Shown here: positions 49,901 through 62,039 of the stretch, in pieces
How the letters are laid out: the number at the start of each line of letters is the position of its first letter
Position numbering within the stretch: the stretch's first letter is position 1
Source of the DNA: Azolla caroliniana
Lineage: Eukaryota > Plantae > Polypodiophyta
DNA length: 64,000 nucleotides
NCBI GenBank assembly: GCA_043228905.1
Contig: JBHGNT010000002.1
Location: 23,932,001 to 23,996,000, forward strand
Reading direction: 5' to 3'
The notes under the pieces: generated by a model
Seen by the model: only the letters and a program-made list of their open reading frames with translations
Databases searched by the model: none
What the model was told of the DNA's origin: nothing
Made by a program: the position numbers and the translations under genes

Positions 49901-51765
49901 AGAGCGGTGCCAAAGTCATTGGTGTTGAGGATAAACATCCTCCCATCTCTGCGCCCTTGCGCAATGACTTCGCCCTCATCCTCAATGAAGCACCCGAGGT
50001 GCGTAAACCGCACCTGCATCCCCTGGTCGACAATCTGACCGACGGACACCAGGTTCTTCGTGATTGTCGGAACGTGTAATACGTTCATCAGCTTCCCTTT
50101 CTGTCTGACATGGCTTAGAGGGACTTCTCCGACGTGCACGATTGGGTGAGGAGTGTCGTCTCCGGTCTCGACTACTCCTAGTTGATCCGGTTTCTCCAGA
50201 AAGGAGAACCACTCTTTGTGGCTCGTCATGTGGTTCGACGCGCCGGAATCAACATACCACACTTCCTCCGTTTTGGAAGTGGTCTTCTTCATTGAGTTTG
50301 CCTTGTGATTCATCACCAAGGCTGGCCCCTTACCGGCCTTTCCGGTTCCGGATCCTCCTGATCCGTTTGCGTAGTGCGAGTTTTGCCGGCCATCCTTACC
50401 GGTCTTGCTGGATCCGGATTTGTCTGAATCGGCACGCTTTCTCCAGCACTCGCTTTCCCTGTGGCCTTTTTTGCCACAGTACCAGCATTCTGTAGCGGAT
50501 TTGTCTTGCCGGCCTCCGACACCGCCTTGACTCCCCCTGCTTGTGGAAGTCCCGGAACTGCTGTCGGCATGCTCATAGAGCTTCCGTTCTTGCTCTTGCC
50601 GGCCGCCTCCACTGCGTGCCGACCCACCTCTTCCACCATGCCCATGGAGCCGATCCGTTCCCGTGTACAGCATTCGGCTGTCCGGGGATGCACTGGTAGA
50701 TGCACTGGCGTGGTTCTCCTGTACAAGGAGCATCGATTGTAAGTCACAGAATGAGGGGGTATTCTCCCTTGTACATACCGCAGTCCGGAACGCTCCGAAC
50801 TCGGACGCCAGGCCTCCGAGACATACCTGCACCATCTCGTCTTCCTCTACGGTAACATTGATAGAGGCGAGCGAGTCGCAGATCTCCTTTATCCGGCCCG
50901 TGTAGTCTGCCACGGACATGTTCTTCTATCGAACATTGCTCAACTCCTGTCTGAGTTGCAGCTTCCGGGCAGTGGTGCTTGCGGTGGAAACCTTTTTCAG
51001 GTTCCCCCAAGCATCCTTCGGTGTCTTGGCGTCACGGATGTGGCTGAGCAGTTGATCGCCGACACTGGACGCGAAGCAGTACATCACCCTGCTTGCCGCC
51101 TGTTCCCATACCAGGAAGTCCTTCTGTGCCGAGTCGGGCGCCGCATCATTCTCTCCTTCGACATAACTCTAGTACCCGTGTCCAAGCAGGTACTGGTGCA
51201 TCTTGTAAGACCAGGATGCGTAGTTGCTCCTATCGAGCTTCTCCACCGGGAACGACGTAGCCATGCCTCTATCCATGTCTTCTACTGTGTCTGTTTTCGA
51301 CCTGTTAGGGTTTTCTTCTCAAGAGTAAATGTCTGCAGCAGAGGTTCTCAACCCTCGCGCTCTGATACCATGAAAACGTGAGTGTTTGCGGAAGCGTAAA
51401 ACAGAGAACAACACAGAGAGAGAGAGAGAGAGAGAGCAGAACGTAATTTCAAAATTATTTTCAGACTCTGTACACACACTGTGCTAAGTAGCACTATTTA
51501 TACAAGTTCTCTTGGGATTGACAGAAGTACCATGTACTTCAATGCTCACACGAGCATCTGACACTTACTATGAGACTATAGCTACCTAGTAGTCTATCCT
51601 ATACTAGGCTTCCGATTGGACTTCCGGTTACGGATTGCAGCCGGCCTCCACTGCTTGCCGGTTTGGTTGCTCACCATCATACCGATCCGTTTCGCCCGAT
51701 CCGTCTCGCTTACCGGCTCCGGCTTATTCAGCCGATCCGGCTCTGGTTGAGCTTGCCGCTCAACA
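46819..51765 (-). mobile_element. Ty1/copia element (copia-3) nested in the gypsy gag zinc knuckle; ~0.95-kb RT/RH deletion
   Basis: LTRs 46819-47209 and 51371-51765; TSD gcacc/acacc; iMet PBS 51359-51370; gag knuckle CWYCGKKGHRESEC; related to copia-1. Confidence 0.95.
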
Positions 51766-51770
51766 ACACC

Positions 51771-52527
51771 AACGGTCCATATACTTAGAACTTGTGGGAC
51801 GGTCATCCGACTTCTTCACCATCGCGATTTTTAGATTCTCCATCTCCTTCAACAACCGCTCCACCGTAGTTGCGTCGATTCCCTTCTCAGTCGTAGCTTC
51901 CCGAGCCCACGGTTGATGGTCTTCAGATCCGGATCTCGGTTTCGGGATTGGTTCTGAAACCCTCTTTTCTTCGTTGGCCAGCCATTGCCCCCTCTTTGTG
52001 TATCGCGCGACGATATCCCGCATGCTTTCCCATGTTTCGGTGAGGCCACTCTTGGTATTCGTGTCCTCTAGAAGCACTCCAAGATCCTTCCAGTCCCAGA
52101 CGTCTACGGCTCGTAAGAACATGATAACTTTGTCCGGTGCGAGGATAGCTTGATCTCTCGGAGACAACCTCCCAAACCGACTTTCGAATGCTGAAAACAC
52201 ATCGAGGACCTTCATACCCTTGTCGGGTGTTTCCACCCAATCCTCGAATCCTCTCCGCGTTGCCTTGGAGGAGTCCTCGATAGCGAACGCCGTCTTTAGC
52301 GCCTCTTCAAACGCTTCCCACGTCGGATTTTGTTGTCGTAGCCCGTGGATACTTGCTTGAAGCCCGTCGGTAGCCACCCGGTTGAAGGATGCCACTTGCA
52401 GTCCTTCCGAAATCCCGCACCATAGCATTTCCGCCTTGTAGTCCCGAAGATAGTGTGATACGTCCTTTTCGTTGAATTGCCCGATCCGTTGCACGAGTCG
52501 CTCCACTGTTGCCGCTATCTCCGACAT
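51771..52527 (-). pseudogene. gypsy gag N-terminal part; continues at 46818-46506
   Basis: ORF starts ~90 bp after the PBS; removing copia-3 restores DRW-CIWCDSTEHDRRDC (CX2CX4HX4C). Confidence 0.88.
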
Positions 52528-52612
52528 CGCACGTTGTTATTGAAGCATCTGCTCGAACATCATCATCATATTGTTATCCTCCAGTTGATTTTCCATCTCC
52601 TTGCCACGCGTG

Positions 52613-52630
52613 TTCACGTCGGGTTCACCA
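52613..52630 (-). promoter_or_regulatory. PBS complementary to plant tRNA-Trp
   Basis: + strand TTCACGTCGGGTTCACCA equals the 3' 18 nt of plant cytosolic tRNA-Trp(CCA), recalled from memory. Confidence 0.82.
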
Positions 52631-52634
52631 CTTG

Positions 52635-53375
52635 TGTCGTGCCTTTCGGCTCCGGATTGTTGCGTGAGTCGGGTGGGAACCATTGAGGTTTTGGACTAGG
52701 AGAAAGAAGAATATGAGATACGGCTCCTTATGAATGGATTGCAAGAAAGAGAAATATTTGAAGGAAGATATGAAACTCGTGAATCCCACGAGTATAGTGT
52801 ATTAATTGATACTTAGAATGTAAGAGAGAAATAGATGGAAAAAAATCGTGAATCCCACGAATATATTAGATTGATGAAAATACTTGTAAAATAATCAACA
52901 ACCCCCATACATCATTCTCTCCTCCTTATATAAGGATGGAAGAGGCTAAGCATAGCTTCATGCTTTTGTTTTCTAAAGTGTTCATGCACACTAAATGTGC
53001 ATGAGTTGCCTTTTTACACTATGCTTTTATTTCCTAAATATAGTACACATGCTCGCTAGATGTGCACGAGTCACTTTTTATTGGTGTACATTTTTCTTAT
53101 AAATAAAGTATTCACGCATTCTAAAAAATGCATGACTTTCGTTTTAATAAAGGTAGGCGTAAAGAAAGGTCTTATACGTATGAAATCTAAAAAACACTTA
53201 GGATAAGTTAGTATGATGGTAAGGTTGGGCTTTGTCTACGTGGAGGTATAGGGTTTGAATCTTGCTCTATGCACGTAATAAATATTTTTAATATTTTATT
53301 TTATTTATTATACGTACTTTAAATCGGATATAGTATTTTACATATTTCTTGTATTAATTGATTCACACTATGACA
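52635..53375 (-). repeat. 5' LTR of the Trp-primed gypsy
   Basis: tgtcgtgcc...ctatgaca; collinear with 37484-38228. Confidence 0.93.
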
Positions 53376-54107
53376 ACGCAATAACGCGTGACACCGTGCA
53401 ATGAAGCCGCTAAAGACACTACACAATAACACGTGATACTACGCAATAACACATGGATTCCACAACCGTGCAACAAAGCCGTGAAGAGCCGATCTATCGC
53501 AAAGCCGCGAAGAAAGACGCAAGCTGAACCACAAACTTCGCAACTATGCACAACGCAAGCTGGAGCATGGATTCCGCAACTCCACATAAAGCAAGTCGAC
53601 GCGATTGACGCGGACTCCCGAACGCGAGTCGAAGCCATCTGAAACCGACGCGGACTCCCGAACGCGAGTCGACGCGGACCATCTGAAACCGACCTGACTT
53701 GAGCTTGAGGGGGCGTGTTGAGAATCAAGCTCAACTTGGTCTAGTGTGTGCACTCACCTTGAGAGGGAATAGACACTCCAACGGCCAAGAGTCACCATTA
53801 TGTCACCACTTTGTATTCTAGCGTTTAGTATGAGTTATAGAATCATATTCTATGACACATAACTTATGAGCTTTCGCATTCCCCATGCTCCATGAGTCTT
53901 GTAGTTAATGAAGAGAGAGGGTGACTATATAAAGCACCCTCCTCCCACCTTGTATTATGTTGAGTCTTTCTCCTTTGTTAATATACTTTACTTTGCGTAT
54001 TCTCTGTGTCTTACTCTTTGTCTCTCTCTCACTCTCTCTCTCTCTCATACACACACACACAGTTCACACCTATTCCGCTACACAAGAATCATATCCGATT
54101 CTTTACA

Positions 54108-57100
54108 AGAATCAATGGTGATTCTTGTGAAGCGGAAGAGATGTGAGTTATGTGTGTATGTGTGAGAGAAGAGAGGAGAGGGGAGAAACACAAGATAGAT
54201 AAGAGACAATATGAAGTACTCAAGAAGAAGAAGGAGATGTATATTAACAAGTAGAATATCAGATACAAAATAACGTTACAAGGAGTCACAACCGACTTAA
54301 TATGGAGTAGGAGGAGGGTGCTTTATATAGAGTCACCCTCTCTCTCTTCATTTACTCACTATAACGTTCACTCTCTCACTAGAGCCTCGAGGAATGTGAA
54401 GTCTTATGGTCATGGGGAATTTGGAACCATTAATTATGTGTCATAGAATATGAATCTATGACACATAGTCCAATGTGTAGAGAGTGGTGGTGTGACTCTT
54501 GACCTTTGAGTAATCATAGATTCTCAAAAGGTGTGTTCACATGTTGCTCTATGTTGAGCTTGATTCTCAACATGCCCCCTCAAGCTCAACTCAGGTCGGC
54601 TGCTTTCAGTTGATGTCCACTTCGGCTGATATCCGGTTCAGACGATCTCCGTTGTCCGTTTCGGCTCGTACTCTGTTCGATCGGTATCCGATTCTCGCTT
54701 GTACTCCCCCTCAAGCTTGGCAAGTCAGGGATCATCAATCCAAGGTCTGACATCAATTGCCGAAGCTTGTCGGCTCCTAGGGCTTTCGTGAAGATGTCGG
54801 CCGTTTGGAGATTTGTGTTGATGTGTAGAAGGTCGATATCTCCGGCCTGAACACGCTCTCGAATGAAGTGATAGTGCACTTCGATATGTTTTGTGCGTGC
54901 GTGGAACACCGGGTTCCGAGCCAAATAAATACTGCTCATGTTGTCGCAGTAAAGGGGAGTCAGATCCTTGATGGGAATGCCCAGATTCTTCAATATCGTC
55001 TTAAGCCATACGACATCACATGCAGCTACGGCTGCGCCCCCGTATTCTGCCTCCGTACTTGAAAGAGCGACGGTAGGCTGCTTCTTGCTACTCCACGAAA
55101 TCGCTCTACTGCCGAGGGAGAAGATGAATCCGGAAGTTGATCGTTGATCGGCTTTGTAGCCAACCCAATCGACGTCTGTGTATCCTTCGAGTCGTATTGG
55201 TGTGGCCGATTTGTAGAGAATACCGTAATCCATTGTTTCATTCACATATCATAATACTCGCTTAGCGCAATCGAAATGGATATCTCGCAGAGTTTGCATG
55301 AATTGGCTAAGGAGTCCGACCGGATAGCTAAGGTCGGGTCATGTTATTATGAGATAGATGAAGCTCCCGATCAGTTGTCGATATTGAGTCAGATCGCACT
55401 AGTTCGTGCCGTAGTCGGCATCTAGTTTGAGGTTTCTATCAAGAGGTGTAGCGATCGATTTGCACTTAGTCATCTGGAACTTGTATGACAAGTTGAGAAT
55501 GTAGTGCTGTTGAGAGATCATAATGCCGGCCGGAATCCGAATTACTTCGATGCGAAGGAAGTAATGGAGCTCCTTCATGTCCGTCATCTCGAATTTTCCA
55601 GAGAGGAGGGACTTGACCTTGTGGATGTCGACTAGAATTTCACCTCCAATGACCAGATCATCCATGTATAGGATGATGACAATTAAGCTTCTAGAGTCAT
55701 GTCGTGCGTAGAGGGAGTTGTTGGATTTTGAAATTCGAAAGCCGATTTCATGAAGATATTGCGTAATCTTCGAATGCCAAGCATGCGGTGCTTGCTTGAG
55801 GCCATAGAGAGGCTTCTTGAGTTGGCATACGACGTTTGGATGAATGCGCGATTTGTAGCCGGGTGGTTATACCATGTACACCTCCTCGTCTAATTCTCCT
55901 TGAAGAAAGGCGTTCTTGACATCCATTTGATGGAGGTGCCACCCTTTAGCCACTGCAAGTGCGATCACGGTCCGCACCGTCGTCATCTTTGCCACCGGGG
56001 CAAAGGTTTCTTCGTAATCGATGCCTTGTGTTTGTGCATATCCTTTCCCTACAAGTCGAGCTTTATAGCGGTTGACGGAGCCGTCGGCATTATACTTCCC
56101 CTTGTAGATCCATCTACATCCGATCGCCTGCTTGTGCGGTGAGTGGGGAACAATATCCCATGTGTCGTTCTTGCATAGTGCATGCATCTCCTCGTTCATT
56201 GATTCAATCCATTGCGGGTCCTTCGTGGCTTCAGAAAAGGTTTCCGGCTCCCGTATTGTTGCGACCTTCATCATAAAGGCGTAATGGTATGCCATATACT
56301 CATTGTAACCGAAGCGGCTTACGGCATTTTGGCCTTCCCTTTGTCCAACTTCGGACTTGGTCGAGATGTGCTTTGATCGCTCAAAGGATCTTGTGGTCCG
56401 CTCAGTCAGGTCGTGATCAGACTTTCTTCATCCTCTATCTCTTGTTCGGTGGATTCTGGGTTGAGCGGAATCAGAGTTGAAGTTCGCTCTGGTGCGTACC
56501 AGGATGCGAACTTGTCAAAAATGACGTCTCGACCCTTGTACCCCTTTTGCTCCAGTGAGTATCCTACGAGGATACATTTCTTCGACTTTGGGTCAAGTTT
56601 TTGACGCTTCTCGTCGTGGATGTGCATGTACGCAATGGAGCCGAATATCCGAACATGCGATAGATCCGGCTTCTTTCTGAAAAACTTCTCGTCGGCGTGA
56701 GGTCATGCACGCCAGATGTCGTACACCGATTCATGAGGTATACGGCCGTGTTAGCCGCTTCTGCCCAGTACGACTTCGGCACGTGCTTTTCGTTCATCAT
56801 GGGCCATGCTACTTCGAGGATGTGCTGATTCTTGCGTTCGGCCACTTCATTTTGTTGTGATGTATGTCGACACGAAAACTCTCGCCTTATTCCTTCTTTT
56901 CGTAGAAACGCCGAAAATTCATTGGAGAAGTACTCCTTGCCTCCATCCGACCGAAGACATCGTACATGTCGGCCCGTGGCTTTCTCGACTTCATTCTTAA
57001 ATTTTTGGAAGTGTCGAAACACTTCACTCTTTTATCGCATTGGGTAGATCCAAGTGTGCCTAGAGAAGTCATCAATGAAGGTCACATAGTATCAGCATTC

Positions 57101-59689
57101 GCTGAATGTCGCCGTTTGAGCCAGACCCCATATATCGGAATGAATTATGTCGAGTACGCCTTTGCTCACGTTCCGCTCCTTCGGAAATGGGTGCTGATGT
57201 TTCTTGCCGAATTGGCAAGTGGCACACATGCCTTCAATCTCTTTCTCCGTGAATGTTGGGAGCCCGATGACGACTCCTTTCAATTGCATTGCCTTGAGCT
57301 TTTGGAGGTTGATATGGACAATCCGCTTGTGCCATAACTCTATGTCAGAATCGGCTTTCATGCCCTTTGCAAACATGGCCGATTTCAGCTCGTGTGAGTT
57401 GAGAATGAGCATTCGGCCCTCTGTTCGTCCACATGCGATGAGTCGGCCCTCTTTTCCGATGAAGCAACCGCCTTGATTAAATCGTACTTGCATTCCTTGC
57501 TCTACAATTTGGCCGACGGAGACCAAATTCTTTGTGATAGTTGGTACATGCAAGACATTTTTAATATAAATTTGCTTACCTTCTTCTCCGAATGGAACAT
57601 TGCCGATGTGTTGAATCGGGTGCGTAGTATCGTCTCCGGTTTTGATAGAGCCGGGTCGGTCCGGCTCTCGAAGTTCTCAGAACCATTCTTGATGCGACGT
57701 CATATGGTTCGAGGCACCAAATCGACGAACCATACGTCTTCCGAACCGAAGGCATTAGTAGAAGTAGAGGCCGACATAGAATTCGCTCTATGTCTCATCA
57801 CGAACATTCCGCTGCGATCATCATAGTCAAAGTTGATGACGTAGTTGGTGAGAACTCACATATCTTCTTATAGCATTCTTCTTCATGGTGGCCAACTTTC
57901 CCGCAATATCTGCATTCGATTGAGGTTTGTCGGCTCGGACCAGAATGGTGGCTCCCCCTTCTTCCGAAGGTTCCCCGATGGCCTCCATCTTGTTGCCATA
58001 ATTGAGAGTTGTTTTCGTAAATCGGTCCGCCTCGTCCGCAGCCGAATCGGCCTCTTCTTGCACGGCCACGTCCTCTTCCTCTTTCCAAATGCGTGTAGAG
58101 CATTTGGCCATCCGAGGCACTACTCCGTCTTCAAACATGGTTTTCTTCGACCAAAAACATGGATTGAAGATCGAAGAACGAGGGTGGATTCTCTCGTGCT
58201 AGTACGGTAGTCCGCATCGCACCGAATCTTGGTGCAAGGCCGGTGAGGCTTATTTGCACCATCTCGTCATCCTCCATGTTTATGCTTATCGAGCCGAGTG
58301 AATCACAAAGCTCCTTGATCTTCAAGGTGTAGCTCGTGATGGACATATCCCTTTGCTGGATATTATTCAACTCTTGGTGGAGTTGAAGCTTTCTCGCGGT
58401 AGTGTTGGCGGCGAAAATCTTTCGTAGATTCTCCCACGCTTCCTTTGGCGTCTTGGCTTCTCGAATGTACCCGAGCATGTGGTCGTGAACACATGTCGCC
58501 AAGCAATAAATCACTTGGCTTGCCGCTTGCTCCCATGTTGCATAGTCGGCGTCTTCTGGGTTGGGCTGATTGTCTTGTGCTCCTTTGATGTAGCTCCAAT
58601 AGCCTTGGCCGACAAGGTATTGGTGCATCTTGTACTCCCAAGATGCAAAGTGTTAGGAATAAGGTCCCTGAAGATGGGAAGTTGAGAAGAACCGTGTTGA
58701 TGAGTAACTTGGCCGAGGCCGAAACCGGAAATCCTAGAGATAACCAACCCGGAAGGTGAAATTTGTAAATAGTCGAAAGGTTACATAGCCGCATATAGGC
58801 GAAGTAGGATCTCGAGGTCGTTGCCTATGAGATCTCTCATAGTGTTCTGTTTTGGAGTTTGTGGACTCCACGTGGTTTTTGTTCCCAATTCGGGTTTCCA
58901 CGTTAAAATCTGTGTCATTCTCAGTTTCTGTATTCTGGTTTTCCTCTCCATTACATTGACTATTATTTCACACACGCAAACCAGTTGTGGCTGGCAATGA
59001 TTTTTATCTTCACAAAGTTGTTGCGATCCAACTTCTCGCTAGGGAGAGTGCTCCCCATTTCAGTATTCATTGTCAATGTAGATTTCTTCCTTCTTTTCTT
59101 TTCCTTCTCTCTTGAACACGACCTATGTAGTCGCACTACGATAATGATGAGTCGGTTCTTCTTGAACGTCGGCATGGAGCACAACACACGATCACGATGA
59201 GGCGAGTGGCCTAGATCGAGCTACCAAATCGCTCTGATACCATGTAAAGAATCAATGGTGATTCTTGTGAAGCGGAAGAGATGTGAGTTATGTGTGTATG
59301 TGTGAGAGAAGAGAGGAGAGGAGAGAAATACAAGATAGATAAGAGACAATATGAAGTACGAAAGAAGAAGAAGGAGATGTATATTAACAAGTAGAATATC
59401 AGATACAAAATAGCGTTACAAGGAGTCACAACCGACTTAATATGGAGTAGGAGGAGGGTGCTTTATATTGAGTCACCTCTCTCTTCATTTACTCACTAGA
59501 GCCTTGAGGAATGTGAAGTCTTACGGTCATGGGGAATGTGGAACCATTAGTTATGTGTCATAGAATATGAATCTATGACACATAGTTCAATGTGTAGAGA
59601 GTGGTGGTGTGACTATTGACCTTTGAGTAATCATAGATTCTCAAAAGGTGTGTTCACACGTTGCTCTATGTTGAGTTTGATTCTCAACA
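54108..59689 (-). mobile_element. Ty1/copia element (copia-4), degenerate
   Basis: LTRs 54108-54572 (5 terminal bp missing) and 59243-59689; iMet PBS 59231-59242; PPT 54573-54590; gag-PR-INT-RT-RH fragments; related to copia-2. Confidence 0.95.
58651..59012. mobile_element. Solo LTR (362 bp) inserted in copia-4 gag
   Basis: TGTTAGG...CTTCA with perfect 5-bp TSD caaag; removal restores LDRNNF-ASWEYKMHQYL. Confidence 0.9.
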
Positions 59690-59860
59690 TGTGCAATTTA
59701 CTAGGCTGATTGTGGCTTACGGTTTTTTTTTCCGTAATTAACTATCCGTGCAAGCTCGGGGATACCTGTCCACCACTACGCACCACAACCTCTTGACCCG
59801 ATTAGCTTAAGAATAATCGAAGGTGTCATCTTGAAGTAGAGACAAGGCAATTTTAGCACA

Positions 59861-61385
59861 TCATTAATTGACATAATGCTAAGGGGGGACTAGACTGCTC
59901 ATTGATTGCACTTGCTTTATTGTTGGGTGATGAAGATTTACCACCACCCCATTGTGTCCATCCAAATTGTCCAATAATACTTTGTCTATTCTCCTTCCGA
60001 AATACGCGATAAGATACTTATCTGCCCAATCCAATCCCAATATAACATCAAATCCTATTATTGGAACTACTAGAAAATTTATCTTTCCTTTCCATGCTTC
60101 CGCTTCCATAGGAATATCCAACGCCGAGAACCCAACATTGGTTGAGCCTTGCACAAAGCTTATGGATATGTCCTTTAATGGCATAGGTTTCAATCTGAAT
60201 TTAGTGACGCACTCGAGAGTTGTAAAGTTATGTGTTGCTCCACTATCAATCATGGCATTGCAAGCATGACCATTGATCTTGGCTGCCAAGTACAAATTAT
60301 CAATGTGAGAGACACCCACAACAAAACAAAGGGGTTTTATCTTTGTTGCCCCTGCCATGACCTCCATTACCCCATCCTCCACCTCATCAAGAATGTCGAG
60401 CGGTTCATTGTTTTTGTTGTCCAATCCCTCATCAATATCCCTAACATTGGCTTGGGCTACCACGACTTCTGGTGATTTTTGTCGAGGACATTTAGATGCA
60501 TCCAAAACAACCCCTTCGAAGATTTGGGAGCCTTTCCCCATTTGATGTGGATGCGATGATCTTTCGTGCTCCACCACTATCCCCCCAATTATCTTTGGAC
60601 ATAGTAGGTGATATGTTGAATACACTTTGCCCTTCACTACTAAAATCGTGTCTTATAGGGAAGTTGATGGACGATTTCATTGCTCGAAATGGTTGTTGAA
60701 GTTCTTCGAAATCACCAGTTCATTCATCTAGTTGAACCGCCATCTCCAAATTCATCGGTTGTTGCTTTTAAATCTCCATCCTGATTTTAGATCTTAAACC
60801 AAACAAAAAATCATGAATTTTAGTCACTTCATGAAAATGAGGAAGCTGTTTAGCATGAGTTGTCTATACTTGTTGATAAACTCCCCTCTCCTTGCCTTAA
60901 TTTCCTCCATTCATCCATCAAACGAGTTGTTTCATTTGGTGGCATAAAATATTGCCGCATTCGAGTTGTGAAGGCTTGCCATCCCATGAAATGATATGTG
61001 TTCTCTTTGACAAGATACCAATTTAAGGCCGACCCTTCTAAAAAGTTTGTTACAGATATGGTCCACTGGTTTTGAGATATACCACTTTGTTGAAGAAAGT
61101 GTTCTACCTCATGAACACCACCTATTCAAGGCTAGTGATTTTCGTTCACCTGAATACATCCGAGGTTCGATTGGCATGAACCTTCCGTGTCCCCCTTCTA
61201 TGCCCCTATTTGCATTTTTGAGGAGATCTAATATTTCTAATCGATCTTTTGGTGGGGATTGGTTGTGGCCATCATTCGTCTCCATGAGTCTTCTAGTTGT
61301 CTCTTCTCGTGACTCTTACCCGTCTACTTCCAACACTTCATGGAGAGATCTGAATTCGATTGCTGCCGTTTCTTCGAAATCAAAA
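59861..61385 (-). mobile_element. Ty3/gypsy gag-protease remnant
   Basis: Aspartic protease KINGHACNAMIDSGATHNF..FDVILGLDW in ORF 59879-60637; decayed gag-like sequence upstream; no 5' LTR seen. Confidence 0.8.
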
Positions 61386-61387
61386 TA

Positions 61388-62039
61388 CTAAAACCAAAAT
61401 ACTAAAAAACGATCATACTAATATGTTTTGTACATTAACATTATTCTAACAAATTTGTTATTGGGATCACATAGGTCAATTGCAGATATATCTTCTTTTT
61501 TGATGAATCCGCTCGTGATGAAATGTGACCAAATATAAACAATGCATTAAAGAAGTCGAGGGAATGTTTCAAATGAACATGGATCGGTGTGGTTCACATA
61601 TTAAATAAAACCTTTGAATGTATTAGCTATGTTTCTTAATCGAAGTTTTCATGTATTAACCAAATATTAAGTAACAAAGTTCGTTTCCAATTGTCATATC
61701 AGCACATCACACATGTGCTCTTTGTCATGCTACACATATTTTGTTTCAAAAGTTTAGTCCATTGTTGTAGTTCGGTGTCGATTGAGTTTGTGAAGATGGG
61801 TTATGTATGTTCTTGACATTGATGTTCATTTCCTTTGATTTAACTTACTAATCTTGTGTTTGAATCCATCTTCATGGATCTTCTGGATGAATGTTCTTGA
61901 TGTTGTACTTTAATTCCTGATGGGAACCTCTAATATACCGTAACTATGAATATATAGAGAGTTTGAATGGATCATAAACAGGTGGTAATGTGGTAATGAT
62001 TGATGGGACATTAATAGGTTGGAGTTTTACTTATTGGAA
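61388..62039. repeat. Paralogue of the PPO2 3' flank (25704-26406)
   Basis: Collinear near-identity, cut off by the copia-5 LTR. Confidence 0.93.

Larger units (their letters stand above)
37484..53375 (-). mobile_element. Ty3/gypsy non-chromovirus element, tRNA-Trp primed, 4-bp TSD (acgc)
   Basis: LTRs 37484-38228 and 52635-53375; acgc at 37480-37483 and 53376-53379; PBS 52613-52630; PPT 38229-38240; order gag-PR-RT-RH-INT. Confidence 0.93.
34101..54107 (+). mobile_element. Ty1/copia element (copia-2), 5'-deleted and split by the gypsy insertion; own parts are 34101-37483 and 53376-54107
   Basis: PR-INT-RT-RH ORF fragments 34285-37480; sequence resumes after the acgc TSD; PPT at ~53700-53715; 3' LTR 53716-54107 (tgttgagaatc...ctttaca). 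Confidence 0.9.

Noticed and set aside
59861-59864. tcat as a TSD pairing with 31757-31760 to define one 28-kb LTR element
   Set aside because: Host sequences on the two sides are not contiguous (integrase C-terminus versus protease), and local duplication explains the match more simply.
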